The notes beneath the pieces are model-generated. The model worked only from the letters and a program-made list of their open reading frames with translations, ran no database searches and was not told where the DNA came from. Positions 38,631 through 51,489 of a stretch of 61,262 nt of DNA are shown here, piece after piece (the stretch's first letter is position 1; every line of letters begins with the position of its first letter). Source of the stretch: Octopus bimaculoides. Lineage: Eukaryota. The stretch covers positions 6,009,446 through 6,070,707 of the forward strand of contig NC_068984.1 of assembly GCF_001194135.2 (NCBI RefSeq). Reading direction: 5' to 3'. The position numbers were made by a program, and so were the translations under genes.

Positions 38631-39033
38631 TATACTCATACATACATTGTACAGACACACATACATCATCGCTGTACGTCTATCGTTGTATTCGCCGACT
38701 TTATCACGGCTGTTGAGCCCCACGTCATATTCCAACCGTGACAATCCTATCATTTCTTTTTAGTTTTTGCCTTTCCTGTCGAAGATTTTAGCGTGTGAGT
38801 GAGGTGAGGGTGATTTAGCTACAGTTACGAGCAAGTCAAGCGTTACATCATCTTCATCGCAGTTGTTGTTGTCAACAATAACAACAACTAAAGACGGTAG
38901 CTGTTGTTATTTATGTTGCTGCTGCTGCTGGTGTTGTCACCGTGAATATCAGCGGCAAGGTCATCGATTTGGCTTCTCTTTTCTTCGATTTTGATGTGAC
39001 CATGACTGGGTATTACACACATCTATCTATCTG

Positions 39034-39071
<38 letters not shown>

Positions 39072-39178
39072 CATCTGTCTGTCTATCTGTCTGTCTGTCT
39101 ACATACAAACGTATATACATAAATACATGTATACACACACGTGTATATACACATATACATATCTTATAGATATATTCT

Positions 39179-39224
<46 letters not shown>

Positions 39225-39607
39225 TACATATGTTATATATATATCCTTATGTATATCCTTTATATATATATGTATATATATATATATATATATANNNNNN
39301 NNNNNNNNNNNNNNNNNNNNNNNNNNNNNNNNNNNNNNNNNNNNNNNNNNNNNNNNNNNNNNNNNNNNNNNNNNNNNNNNNNNNNNNNNNNNNNNNNNNN
39401 NNNNNNNNNNNNNNNNNNNNNNNNNNNNNNNNNNNNNNNNNNNNNNNNNNNNNNNNNNNNNNNNNNNNNNNNNNNNNNNNNNNNNNNNNNNNNNNNNNNN
39501 NNNNNNNNNNNNNNNNNNNNNNNNNNNNNNNNNNNNNNNNNNNNNNNNNNNNNNNNNNNNNNNNNNNNNNNNNNNNNNNNNNNNNNNNNNNNNNNNNNNN
39601 NNNNNNN

Positions 39608-39725
39608 CAGGACTTATTCTTTGTAAACTTAGTGCTTATTCTATCGGACTCTTTTGCCAAACCGCTAAGTTACGGGGACGTAAATACACCAACATCTGTT
39701 GTCAAACGATGGTGAGGGGGGTCAA

Positions 39726-39766
<41 letters not shown>

Positions 39767-39920
39767 CACAACAGGCTTCTTTCAGTTCCCGTCTACCAAA
39801 TCCACTCACAAGGCTTTAGTCTGTCCGAGGCTATAGTAGAAGACACTTGCCCAAGGTGCCACGCAGTAGGACTGAACCCGGAACCATGTGGTTGGCAAGC
39901 AAGCTACTCACCACACAGCT
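39608..39920 (-). mobile_element. SINE family B (3' end lost in an N gap)
   Basis: caggacttattctttgt..accgctaagttacggggacgtaaa..agacacttgcccaaggtgccacgcag. Confidence 0.9.
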
Positions 39921-40015
39921 ACTATATTTCGGTTCAATCTAATTCATAATGGCACAGATGTTTCCTACGGTTTTTGATGTAGACCTACAATACTACAACT
40001 GCTGCTACAAGTAGA

Positions 40016-40049
<34 letters not shown>

Positions 40050-40917
40050 CTGGTGCTACTACATTAACTGTTATGGAAAACGTGGAGTTTGCAAAACATC
40101 GTACTCACATAATTCCGCTTCTTTATTTTGGACACTGAATTCGTGCAAGCATTTATTTTGTATTCCATTCTACTGATGTCGAATGTAAACCAAGTACAAG
40201 TAATATATTGCTTAACTTTAGGTCAACCCAAATGAATCGAAGGCGTTCCATCGCTGGCTATCCCTTTTTAGAAGTATCCAGGACAACATAATTCAGTGGG
40301 TCAGTAGGAAATTAAAACGTTCTAAGAGGTCGCAACGATGATAGATTATATCTATATTTTATCATATATTTCTTATACACCAACATAAAATAGACCTCTG
40401 CTGATGTTGTTAGTGTATTAATTCAATAAGCACGTGTACTCTTGGAAGTGAGTGAAATTTAGGTTAGAAACGAGGCAGAATTCATATAAGAAATCTAAAT
40501 TTACAACGCCAATCAATGTCAAGTTTCATAACTATGTTTGTGGGAATAAGCACATTTATATACATGATTATGTGTTTTACAAAATCAGTTAAATAATTCT
40601 GTGTTGTAGAAAGTGTTTATATATACATTAATGTCTTTGAAGTAACATGTTCATATTTATGCATACATATTTTGTTTTTGAAATAACATGTGTATATTTA
40701 TACATACCTTCTTGTTTTTTGAAGTAACATGTATATAGTTATACAATCTTTTTTTTTTTTTTAAGAAGAGTGTGTATGAGTAACACTAAAAGAATTTTTT
40801 GATAATATACGTTTATATATTTAAATCCTTAGAAATAGATAAGAGTAAAATACTTCTTGCTCAATTAAACATATCGATTCTATGATTTCAAGGCATGGAT
40901 ATCTTTGTCGTTTATGT

Positions 40918-41250
40918 TTTACTCATTTCACTCATTTTTTTAGTTGAATGAATCGACCTCAGTACGTTATATTTTTTCGTTTTGTTAAGCCTGGTCGATC
41001 GGTCTTTTTTGTCGAACTGCTGCTTTACGAGGACGTAAACTCACCAACAAGCGGTTGTGGGGACAAACTCAGACACACAAACACAAGATGCGCTTCCTTC
41101 AGTTTCCGTCTACCAAATTCACTAGCAAGGCTTTTGTCAGCCTGAGGCGATAGTAGAAGACACTTGCTCATGGTGCCACGCAGTGGGATTGTATCTGGAA
41201 CCATGTGATTGGGGAGCAGACTTTTTACTCCACAACCACGCCAGCGCCTA
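40918..41250 (-). mobile_element. SINE family B, diverged
   Basis: cttccttcagtttccgtctaccaaattcac..agacacttgctcatggtgccacgcagtggga. Confidence 0.82.
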
Positions 41251-43050
41251 TGGGTAAAGAAGTCCTTTATATAATACAGCAGACAAGAAAATAACACAGT
41301 CACAGCTTAAATAATGTAAAACAATGTAAATTCAACAGACAGGAACACTGAGTGCTATCTTTTACTCAAACGTTATCTCTTACTCCCAACTTATACACGG
41401 TTTAAAATGGAATTTGGCAATATCTATTGTCAACGTGGAAAATACCAACAGCAGTCAATATTTTTCTTTACTTATTCGTCTTAAAATTGCCTGATTTCAT
41501 TAAGTTTCTGGAACAGTAAATGGTATCAGAGCCAACAACAATTAAAAAAAAACCCTCTTGAGTGAAGATAGGTTTGTTTTGAGGAGAGAGAAGAAATATA
41601 TCTGAATTGTTTTCCCCTATTCTTTTTATTACATCCAGTCATTTGCTTATTACAGAAATATTCATTATGCTTCTTGTTGGTTCACAATAAACCAGAATTC
41701 ATTAATAATTCATGCATGATAGGTGGAGTGAAAGCAAAACACACTTGCTCCCCACGTATTACACTCATGTTGAGTAAGTGAAGTACGTTTCTTCCTGTAA
41801 TTTAATTGTAAAAGTTGTGTCTAAACTGGATACAGAGAAATATGTTAAGATGGACAGGGTTAAAATATTAGTCACTGGAATTAGACAAGTAGTTGAAGGA
41901 ATTTTTCCCAAGGGAATCTTAAACATGAGAGAAAATATTCACTGTCAAAGAACACAAAACAAATGTAGTGCTTAAACTGTTTACCTGGACTAAATGCAGG
42001 ACGATGTCCTGCAGTGGCTGATCAGATTTAATTGTGATGGTCCATGACTATCAAAGATGGTAGGGTGTGATCGAGGGAGATTTGGGAACTATTTCTAACA
42101 GGTTGAGCAACCACACAGGGGCTTCCTCATTAGCCTAATTAACAAAAGGAGAATATTTTGATATGTTGTAAGAAGTAGCTGAATATCGACTTGACTGGAA
42201 TTCTTTGTCAACTGGGTGTTAATATTTGAAGATCTATATATAGTTACAAATTGTCAGCCAATTGTTATTATAAGCTTCAAAGAGCCGGTTGTCAATCTAA
42301 ACAAGTCAAACATCTTAACACCTGTATATCAATCATCGACAATAGATGAGCTGAGGCTACATAGGCAGCACTATCTTGTTCTATATGTTTGATTGATAGC
42401 AAGGCATTTTGAAGCTTAGAGTAACAATAGATAGGTAACGGCTTTATAATTGCAAACATCTATTGTTATGCCCAAGTACAATTCAATTGAACTATTTACA
42501 ATGTAGAGATATATTTACCTAATAACCGATCCAATGGTTCAGTTTTAATTTTCAGACCTATGTTTCAAATTTTTGGCCAATTAATAATATATTGCAAATT
42601 AAGTATAACTTTGGGCATTTAATATAGACATTTTAATTTCCAGACCTATGTTTCAAACTTCGCCACATCTGTATATGTATGCATGTATGTATGTGTGTGT
42701 GTGTGTATGTGCGTACTTTATTTGTGGATTAACAAGGCAACCAATGGTTTCATGTGAAGGGATCTTCACAATTGTTCAAGATTGCCACATGAAAGTGTCA
42801 GTACTCCTTTCCATTTTGGCATTCTTAAGCACCGAATGGGCACTAAACACGAACACAATGTGGTGTTCAGCGCTCATTATCACCGTTCAATATTGGGTGT
42901 ATGCATGCATGTACATATGTGTGTGTGTATAGAATTTTCTAAAAACTATTTTAAGCAGTTAATTTTATATAGGTTCTCCTAACTAACCCTCTTCGCAACT
43001 AGAGAGTATTTCAGTACTAAAGTTGATATGTTCCGTGAAGCTGAGTGAGC

Positions 43051-43256
43051 AAGGAAGTGGCAGTAACGCCGGGTGAAATGCTTAGCAGTATTTTGTCTGC
43101 TGTTACGTTCTCAGTTCAAATTCCGCCGAGGTCGACTTTGCTTTTCATCCTTTCTGAGTCGATTAAATAAGTAACAGTTACGCACTGGGGTCGATGTAAT
43201 CGACTCAATACCTTTGTCTCCTCTATATTTATTCCCCTTTGGGCAATAAAGAAATA
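43051..43256 (+). mobile_element. SINE family A
   Basis: acgccgggtgaaatgcttagc..agttcaaattccgccgaggtcgac..gggcaataaagaaata. Confidence 0.88.
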
Positions 43257-44560
43257 AAAATATTGTGTGGTATTGAAAGAAAACAGAGGAGATTAGCAAA
43301 AGTGTACAGTATGAGTTCCTTTTGGGTGACCAGCCTGTAATTTGATACACCTCTACCTAGTAAATGTAGCTTGGGGTCTACACACATACACACACAATGG
43401 TTTATATTTACATACATTCACAATTTAAGTTTATGTATATACTTCTGGACACGAAAGCCCCACATGCACATATATGTTTATACCATGCAAGCATACATAT
43501 CTAATCAAACGTACTAGTGTCTAATTGTATACAGATATCCAAGGAGCCACATTCTCATATATATATAAATATACAGGGGAGTTACAAAGAATATCCAAAC
43601 ACACTAATACATGTTTTGAAGTACGCACATCCTTACACACCCAACAGGTAAGGGTAAGCAACTGGAAGAGCATCTGGCTGTAAAACAATATTTCAATAAT
43701 ATATTCCTTTAACTCAAGCTAATATGAAAAAACAGATATAAACATGTACGAAAAAATTGTGAATCTATGAAAATACATACATATATATAAATATAGTGAA
43801 ATAATATATATATTTACAGCTAATAATGAAATATTTACATCCAGTTTAGAATTTGACAGAGTTGAATATGTGCGTGTGCGTGCATCTCATTGTTATTCTA
43901 CACACACACACACACACACATTTATATATATGTCAGTGAATATATAATCACATATTTATACAAATATGTATTAGAATATGTTTGAATTATTGATTAAAGA
44001 AACAAAATTCTAAGCAAATCAATTGAGAAAGCCACACCCACAGCATTCTCACCACTATTACACCTACAACAACAACAACAACAGCAACACAACCAAATGT
44101 AGAGTTGTGGAAAGAAGGTGTGGGGAGGGCTGGGGGGATGATGTTTGTTAAAATATGATTATTAACTGTCAACAGATGCTTCGTTGGAATCAGGGCAAAT
44201 ATGCTTGACCCAATATACTGCAGTGACCTTTCAGTTGGTGCCTTTCATATTTTTCTGATAGAATTCCAATGAGATTAGTGTGTATTAGAGGTGGTGGTGG
44301 TTGCAGTGGTAAGGGTAATACGTGTTGGAAGAAGAAGGAGGAGGAGAGAATTAAATGCAAGAAAAGTTTGTAGTTTAAATTTGGTGTTAAATTCAAGTGC
44401 AGTGCAATAAATTATGCAAACAGATCTATAATTATTTATTGCATTAAGTAAGTTGTAATTGTTGAAGAGATTCCAGATCTATTAGGGAACAAATCACAAA
44501 ATCAGAAACGTCAGTAAGCATTTTATCCAATTCTGCCCAAATGCAAAAAAAATAAAAAAG

Positions 44561-44774
44561 ATAATGATTTTAAATTTTGGCACAAGGCCAGCAAGTTCGA
44601 GAGGGGGTGGGGGGTAAATTGATCAGTGATCAATTGGTACTTGTTTTATCAACCCCAAGTGGATGAAAGGTAAAGCCAACCTCAGTAGAATTTGAACTCA
44701 AAACGTAAAGGTGGGTGAAATGCCACTAAGCATTTTTCCCAGCAAGCTAACGATTCTGCCAGCTCACAGCCCTA
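44561..44774 (-). mobile_element. SINE family A (ccttgtgccaaaattt 3' subtype)
   Basis: Minus strand reads tagggctgtgagctggcagaatcgttagc..gagttcaaattct..ccttgtgccaaaatttaaaatcattat. Confidence 0.85.
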
Positions 44775-44806
44775 ATAACAACAATAATAATAATAATAAT
44801 AATAAT

Positions 44807-45354
44807 ATATACACTGGAAGCTATGCCAACATTATGGAATAGCAACAGAAAAAAGATGGTATAAACACACGCCAGAAAAGGTCACAGAAAACGAGAAAGC
44901 AACCATACTCTGGGATATGCCAATACACACAGATAGAGAAATTAAGGCAAATAGACCAGATATAGTTGTCAAAGATCATGAAGGAAAAAAATGCCTTCTA
45001 ATTGATGTTTCAATACCAGCAGATGACAACGTTTCTCTAAAAGAAATGGAAAAACTTTCAAAATACAAAGACCTGGAAATAGAGATAACTCGAATGTGGA
45101 ATCTAAAAACAGAAACAATTCCTATCATAGTAGGTGCCTTAGGTATAATAAAAAAATATTCAGACAAATACATAACAAAAACACCAGGACTTACAAATAT
45201 ATATAACATACAGAAAATTGCACTACTGGGTACTGCACACATTCTACGCAAAACACTTTCAATACAGTAAACATAAGAGCACCACAGCACATACCTAAGG
45301 CGCACAGAGCTGCGCTCGGTAGTGAAGTGAAAGCACGTTATAAAAATAAAACTA

Positions 45355-45357
<3 letters not shown>
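44807..45357 (+). mobile_element. R4/Dong-like RLE non-LTR retrotransposon 3' end (element 1), flanked by (AAT)n
   Basis: Uninterrupted frame 44809-45270: IHWKLCQHYG..WYKH.P.V.EN..ILWD.PI.TD..NRPDIVV..LIDVSIP..EKLSKY..PIIVGALG..ALLGTAHILRKTLSIQ* (PD-D/ExK restriction-like endonuclease). (AAT)n at about 44773-44806 and 45358-45388. Confidence 0.9.
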
Positions 45358-45389
<32 letters not shown>

Positions 45390-45391
<2 letters not shown>

Positions 45392-45604
45392 CCTACGTAA
45401 AATACTGTCTATGTAGTCTCAAATTTTAAAACAAACATAACTTTCTTATGTTTTTTTAAACATTCTCTAGAACAATACTTTGCGTAAAACCAAATATATG
45501 GCACCCTAGGAATAACACCAACTTGAAGTTCTAACTTGTTGTCTCTTGAGGTCTCTGGGTGAGACTTTGAGTCAACTTGTACAAATGCAAAGCAAAAGTC
45601 AAAC

Positions 45605-45607
<3 letters not shown>
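45390..45607 (+). mobile_element. Extremely 5'-truncated R4/Dong-like element (element 2): last 8 codons plus 3' UTR
   Basis: atc cta cgt aaa ata ctg tct atg tag = ILRKILSM*, homologous to ILRKTLSIQ* of element 1. It is followed by about 190 nt of a different UTR and then (AAT)n at 45608-45666. Confidence 0.65.
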
Positions 45608-45648
<41 letters not shown>

Positions 45649-45666
45649 GTAATAATAATAACAACA

Positions 45667-45967
45667 AGGTATGAGATAAGGAAGAAAGAAAAGTTAAGAA
45701 ATGAGTTAAGCAGTTGTGGTCGATGAAGAAGGTAGTAGTAGTACCAATAACTGTCGGAGCCCTGGGAACAGTGAGCAAAAATCTCGAGAAGTACGTGGAG
45801 CCAATAGGGGCGGCAATAAGGGTGGAGCACTTCAAGAAAACAGCACTGCTTGGAATCACCTGAATACTCTGGAAGGTGCTCAAAAAATAAGGGGTGTTAC
45901 CTTAGTTCACTGGTAGTGAACAGCTGACACTGTAGTACATCTCTAGCGTTAGACGCTGTGCAAAGGC
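45667..45967 (+). mobile_element. R4/Dong-like RLE element 3' end (element 3)
   Basis: 45714-45890 encodes LWSMKKVVVVPITVGALGTVSKNLEKY..KKTALLGIT*ILWKVLKK*, homologous to element 1. (AAT)n on both sides. Confidence 0.85.
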
Positions 45968-46017
<50 letters not shown>

Positions 46018-46020
<3 letters not shown>

Positions 46021-46232
46021 TTTCAAATTTTGGCACAAGGCCAGCAATTCGAGTGATGAGGTAAGTCAATTACATCGATCACAGTAATCTACTGGTACTT
46101 ATTTTATGAACCCCAACAGGGTGAAAGGCAAACTCAGCATTGGTAGAATTTGAACTCAGAATGTAAAGACAGATGAAATGCTGCTAAACATTTTTCCCAG
46201 CATTCTAACAACTCTGTCAGCTTGCTGTCCTA
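46018..46232 (-). mobile_element. SINE family A (ccttgtgccaaaattt subtype), diverged
   Basis: tttcaaattttggcacaaggccagc..gaatttgaactcag..ctaacaactctgtcagcttgctgtccta. Confidence 0.8.
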
Positions 46233-47254
46233 ATGATGATGATGATGATGTGGAAACTTGTGTGAGACACATGCTTATGGAAGTTATAGTTTGAAGAGAT
46301 AGGTACGTGATTTACATAGCTTTGTATGAGAGTGTAGGTTTATATATATACTGGCTGCAGGAATCATTGAAATAATTCTCAAAGACAATCTCCAGCTTGG
46401 GAGTGCATGACAAGGAAAATGGAAAGAGGTGTCATGAATATAATGAAAGATGTTCACAATAAAACAAAACTGAATGTGGTATTTTATATTGGAATAAAAC
46501 ATGTAAATAGGATGTGAATGGCAGGAAAGAGAAGGAGTGAGAGAGAGAGAGACAGGGAGACGTAGAGCAGAAGAAAGAACTATGTTTTGAATATATAGAA
46601 GCAGAAGATAAGAGATCTGGTGTTGGAAAGAGTGTGGAATATGGTAAATAAAGAAAAGATGAGATCAAATAATCAAAGACTGAATGAATAGTTGTGCACG
46701 GAAGGAAATCTGGGCCTGAATGGAAACTGCAAAAAGAACTCCAAAGAACTAAAGCAGCAATAAGCTGTAAAAGAATTAAATGCTAAAGAATGAAGTTGTT
46801 AGATTTAAAAGTGAATAGCTATGTAGGGTGAGACATGGATTCCAGGAAAACCTGAAGGACGAAATGGTTTAAACTAGAACATTGAAATTAACAAGGCTAG
46901 AAAATGGCATGATTTCTATGAAGATAACAGAAAGTGTGTGTTTGTGTGAGGGTTGGGGGAAGAAGAAACCTAGCATATTCTATTGAGATATAAACTATTT
47001 GTTAGAAATGAATGTTAAAACATGTAACAATGGTTCTATTAGAATTTATGTAGGAAACATGGAAATCTTCAAGAAAGAAATTTAGCTTTTTTAAATTTTT
47101 TTTTTCAAAACTGGAATGAAAAGTGATGGATATAAGATATGGATAAATACACTGAAGCAATAGTTTAGATTTAATTGGAGAGAAAAAACTTTAGGACCAG
47201 GCCTCCTCTTTAACATCATCATCATCGTCATCATCACAACCACCATTATTTTCC

Positions 47255-47440
47255 ATTTTATTTTATATGTGTTTTCCATGTTGCCATGGGTTGGACCAAT
47301 GCAGCAGGTTTTTGAAGAGTATTGCCAACCTGGAGAGGTTGGGAGATCTCATCTCATGTTTTAGATTTGGCATGATTTCTACTGCTGGATTGGATGCCCT
47401 TCCTAACACCAACAACTTAACAGAGTGTGCTGGTTCTAGC
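47255..47440 (-). mobile_element. Repeat family F ((GAT)n-tailed retroposon) fragment
   Basis: ttccatgttgccatgggttgga..gatgcccttcctaacaccaac is shared with 48440-48655, 53996-54210 and 56090-56436. Confidence 0.7.
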
Positions 47441-48439
47441 TTGCAACCAACCATATGATTCCAGGGTCAATCCCATTCTGTACCACATTAGGCAATCACT
47501 GCCTACTGTGATTTTGGCTTCATCAATGTCCTGCAAGCATCTGTGCTGTGTATCTGTGTTTATACTTACTAATCTAATCTAAACAGGAATTACATCCCTT
47601 TATGTCAAAAGTCTAATTTTGTGATTCAATAAAATAAATTCCAGATCCTGAGGTTGATATGATAAATTAAAATCTTGAAGACAGTGTCCCAGTCCAAGAC
47701 TGGAGCCAGTAAAAGACTGACATTTTTAGATAAAAACTGTTGATAAGACATGTCCATAAAAAGCCACTATAGAAACTGTGTACCAACAACTAGATTTTAT
47801 TATATCTATAATGATGAAATACAACGGAGATTGGGAAAATTGTGATTGAAAGATTAAGTGGAAATCTAGTTGAGATTGTAAGGCAAATGAGAAAGTAATT
47901 GAGTAAAAGAAATTGATTCAAGAAGTGTATAAGCAAATGCAGAGGCCTGTAGTGTGTGGAAGTTTGCTGAGGAATTTTATAAGCAAGTTTGTGTTGCAGG
48001 AATGTTCATTAAAGAAGCACATAAGAAGATACATAAATTTGTAGAATATGAAAGTAAAATGATTATGAAAACGATAGTTTGAAATCGTCCAAACAAACCG
48101 AAGTGTCTTAAAGGACTAATGAAATTCTGTGATTCAGCTTCATTAAGAGCTATTAGTAAATTAATAATGTTTGAAACAGAAAATAAAATACTAGACATAT
48201 GAAATGAAATTTTAATTTTCATAACTGTGTGATTGAAGGAGGAGAAGGGAGAGCTTAACAGCTACAAGTGGTGGCTATTAAATGGAAAATCAATAAAGTC
48301 AGGCTTAGAAGTGAGTCCAGCAAAATCTAAATGAGAAAATAAAAGAGAACAGAGTGCTGTTTAATGTTACAAAATGATTTCATTATAACTGAGCTTCTAC
48401 TCTCTCCGTTATGAAGGCTTTCTTTTGCCTTGCAAGCTA

Positions 48440-48655
48440 CAAAGTGACCCCACTAGTGTTGGTGCCACAAAAACAGCATCTAGTGCAAGTGGCTGGTGTT
48501 AGGAAGGGCATGGTGTTGTAGAAAATGTGCTAAAACTAAGACACTGAAGCATGATTTGTTCCTTTCAGCCTTCAGTTCCTGTTGAGCCATGCAACCCCTG
48601 CCAGCATGGAAAACAAACTTAATATCGATGATGATGATGATGATGATGATGATGA
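48440..48655 (+). mobile_element. Repeat family F fragment with (GAT)n tail
   Basis: ggtgttaggaagggcat..caacccctgccagcatggaaaa..(gat)n. Confidence 0.72.
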
Positions 48656-49595
48656 AATTAAGAGATATATTGTAATTTATCTTTTAATCAGTATAATGTT
48701 AATTAAAAATAACCACACTTTGTTATCAGGAATGAAAATTTAATTGCCTAAATATCAGATTGTGAAGTCATCAATGTCGGTATAAGTAAAGAGGTTAGTT
48801 CTAAAGATAATATATTGACTTCAGTTGAAGGTCATTAGTCATTGAATGCAGCAAGACTCACTTCTGTAAATAGCCAAACCTAAATGTTATTGCACTTGTT
48901 TAACTCAGGTCAGCTATGTTTGAGCAGACTAATAATCAAAGATAGTTCAGTCATAATTGTTTGATCTTTCATTCCAACAGAAACGTATCTTGGATCTAGA
49001 ATGTACCTATTGCCACCTGTTTCTTAACATCATGGGGAAGACCTGCCTGTTGCTTTTGGTTGTTTAAGCAACCTTTTAGAGGCTCTATGATTGGCTGGTT
49101 AAGTATTCCATTTAAGGTAGTTAGTGGAGGAGAGCAATCAGATTTTGCTGACAAATTCCTAAATTTGAGAATTCCTCAAAGCTTGTTGTTTATTATTTCC
49201 GAATCTGTTCACTTGACACCCAAATATTATTAAGATATTAAATATCTTTTTTACTCTTACCAGAATACCAGACAGGCTAGCTTAAAGAACACAGAGAAAA
49301 GAAGTATAATTAGACATACCTGATCAATAACATATTGACATTACTTGTTGACAGATGATTATTATAGACAAGATCATTTCTAGGTATGTAAGAGTAGACC
49401 ATATGGGTCATTGTGTGTGTGTGTGTGTATAAATTTATATATATATATTTATATATATATATACAATTCAAAGATAGTTAGAGGTTGTGAATACAACCAA
49501 CTAAGGAATAGCATCTATCCAGTATACTGGTGGTAGAATACCTAATTAATACACAAGTGTTGGTTATTGCCATATATATCTATATATGTATAAAT

Positions 49596-49694
49596 AGAGA
49601 GAAAAGGATAAAGAGAACAATGGCAAAGTTAGAAATATATATCCATAAAATATATTTCTAACTTTGCCATTGTTCTCTTTATCCTTTTCTCTCT
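49596..49694. repeat. Perfect 45-bp inverted repeat with 9-nt loop
   Basis: 49596-49640 is the exact reverse complement of 49650-49694. Confidence 0.97.
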
Positions 49695-49844
49695 TTATAC
49701 ATACACACGCTAATACACGACCTATGTTATAATCCCCACTCTTGTTTATACAACGACTGGGGCATAACTAGCCGGTATACAGCACTTACTCGGTATTACC
49801 TGTATCTTTGGGTTTGGTTAAATCCAATACACTTCTTAACTTTA

Positions 49845-49933
<89 letters not shown>

Positions 49934-50570
49934 ACCATGATTGACCCCTAACTCCACAAGATTTTTATTCTCTCTCTGTTTATTTCCTTGTGTTCCTTTC
50001 TCTTGAATAGCGTAGCCTCAAAACACAAAAGACATTCTCACCTTCCGGAGCATCAAACTAATACACTTATTTGTTGTTTATACACCTGTCTTCGTCTTTT
50101 GTTTTTCTGTAAAGTTCAACTATATATATATATATATATATATAGATATATATTAAATTTGCTTCTAACCACAAGGAGCTGGGTTCAGTCCTGCTGTGCA
50201 TTATGCTGTGTAAGAGCCTTCTATTATATACCTGGGCTGAACAAAGCCTTGTTAGTGGATTTTTGTAATGATAATGATAATGACAATGATGATGATGATA
50301 CCTATAAATTTAAACCTATAAATTTAAAGGAGACACTATTGTTCAACTTATTCAACAATATCATAAATGTGGTGTAAATCAATATAAAGCCATTGTTAAA
50401 GGGGCAATATCATTATTCATTTCATCCACAATATATTCAATCAGGTATAAATCTATAAAGTCAAGTCAGTGTAGAAGGGAGACTTTAGTGTGTTACATTA
50501 TTGAAAATACTTTCAATGAAAAATTAACCCATATATATATATGCCCCACTCCCTCCATATATGCATACAT

Positions 50571-50641
<71 letters not shown>

Positions 50642-51234
50642 NNNNNNNNNNNNNNNNNNNNNNNNNNNNNNNNNNNNNNNNNNNNNNNNNNNNNNNNNNN
50701 NNNNNNNNNNNNNNNNNNNNNNNNNNNNNNNNNNNNNNNNNNNNNNNNNNNNNNNNNNNNNNNNNNNNNNNNNNNNNNNNNNNNNNNNNNNNNNNNNNNN
50801 NNNNNNNNNNNNNNNNNNNNNNNNNNNNNNNNNNNNNNNNNNNNNNNNNNNNNNNNNNNNNNNNNNNNNNNNNNNNNNNNNNNNNNNNNNNNNNNNNNNN
50901 NNNNNNNNNNNNNNNNNNNNNNNNNNNNNNNNNNNNNNNNNNNNNNNNNNNNNNNNNNNNNNNNNNNNNNNNNNNNNNNNNNNNNNNNNNNNNNNNNNNN
51001 NNNNNNNNNNNNNNNNNNNNNNNNNTATGTATGTATAAAGTTAGTGTACTACACTCTGCTCTGATATGCATGTTTAACTGCAAGATATGATGCATCATCT
51101 TTGCTTGCACTTAATCAATAGCTGCAGCAGTTGTGCCCCTCACCATGTAGTATTGATGCATGAATGGAAGATAAGTGTAGAAGTGACACAAGTAGCAATG
51201 AATCATCAATCTCTTTATATCTGGATGTGAATAG

Positions 51235-51290
<56 letters not shown>

Positions 51291-51354
51291 TGTATACATA
51301 TATGTGTGTGTGTGTATGAGTAGATACATATATTATGTGTGTGAAAATGTGCAC

Positions 51355-51410
<56 letters not shown>

Positions 51411-51457
51411 ACGTATAGCTGTGTATAGGTGTGTGTATACATATATATGTGTGTGAA

Positions 51458-51489
<32 letters not shown>

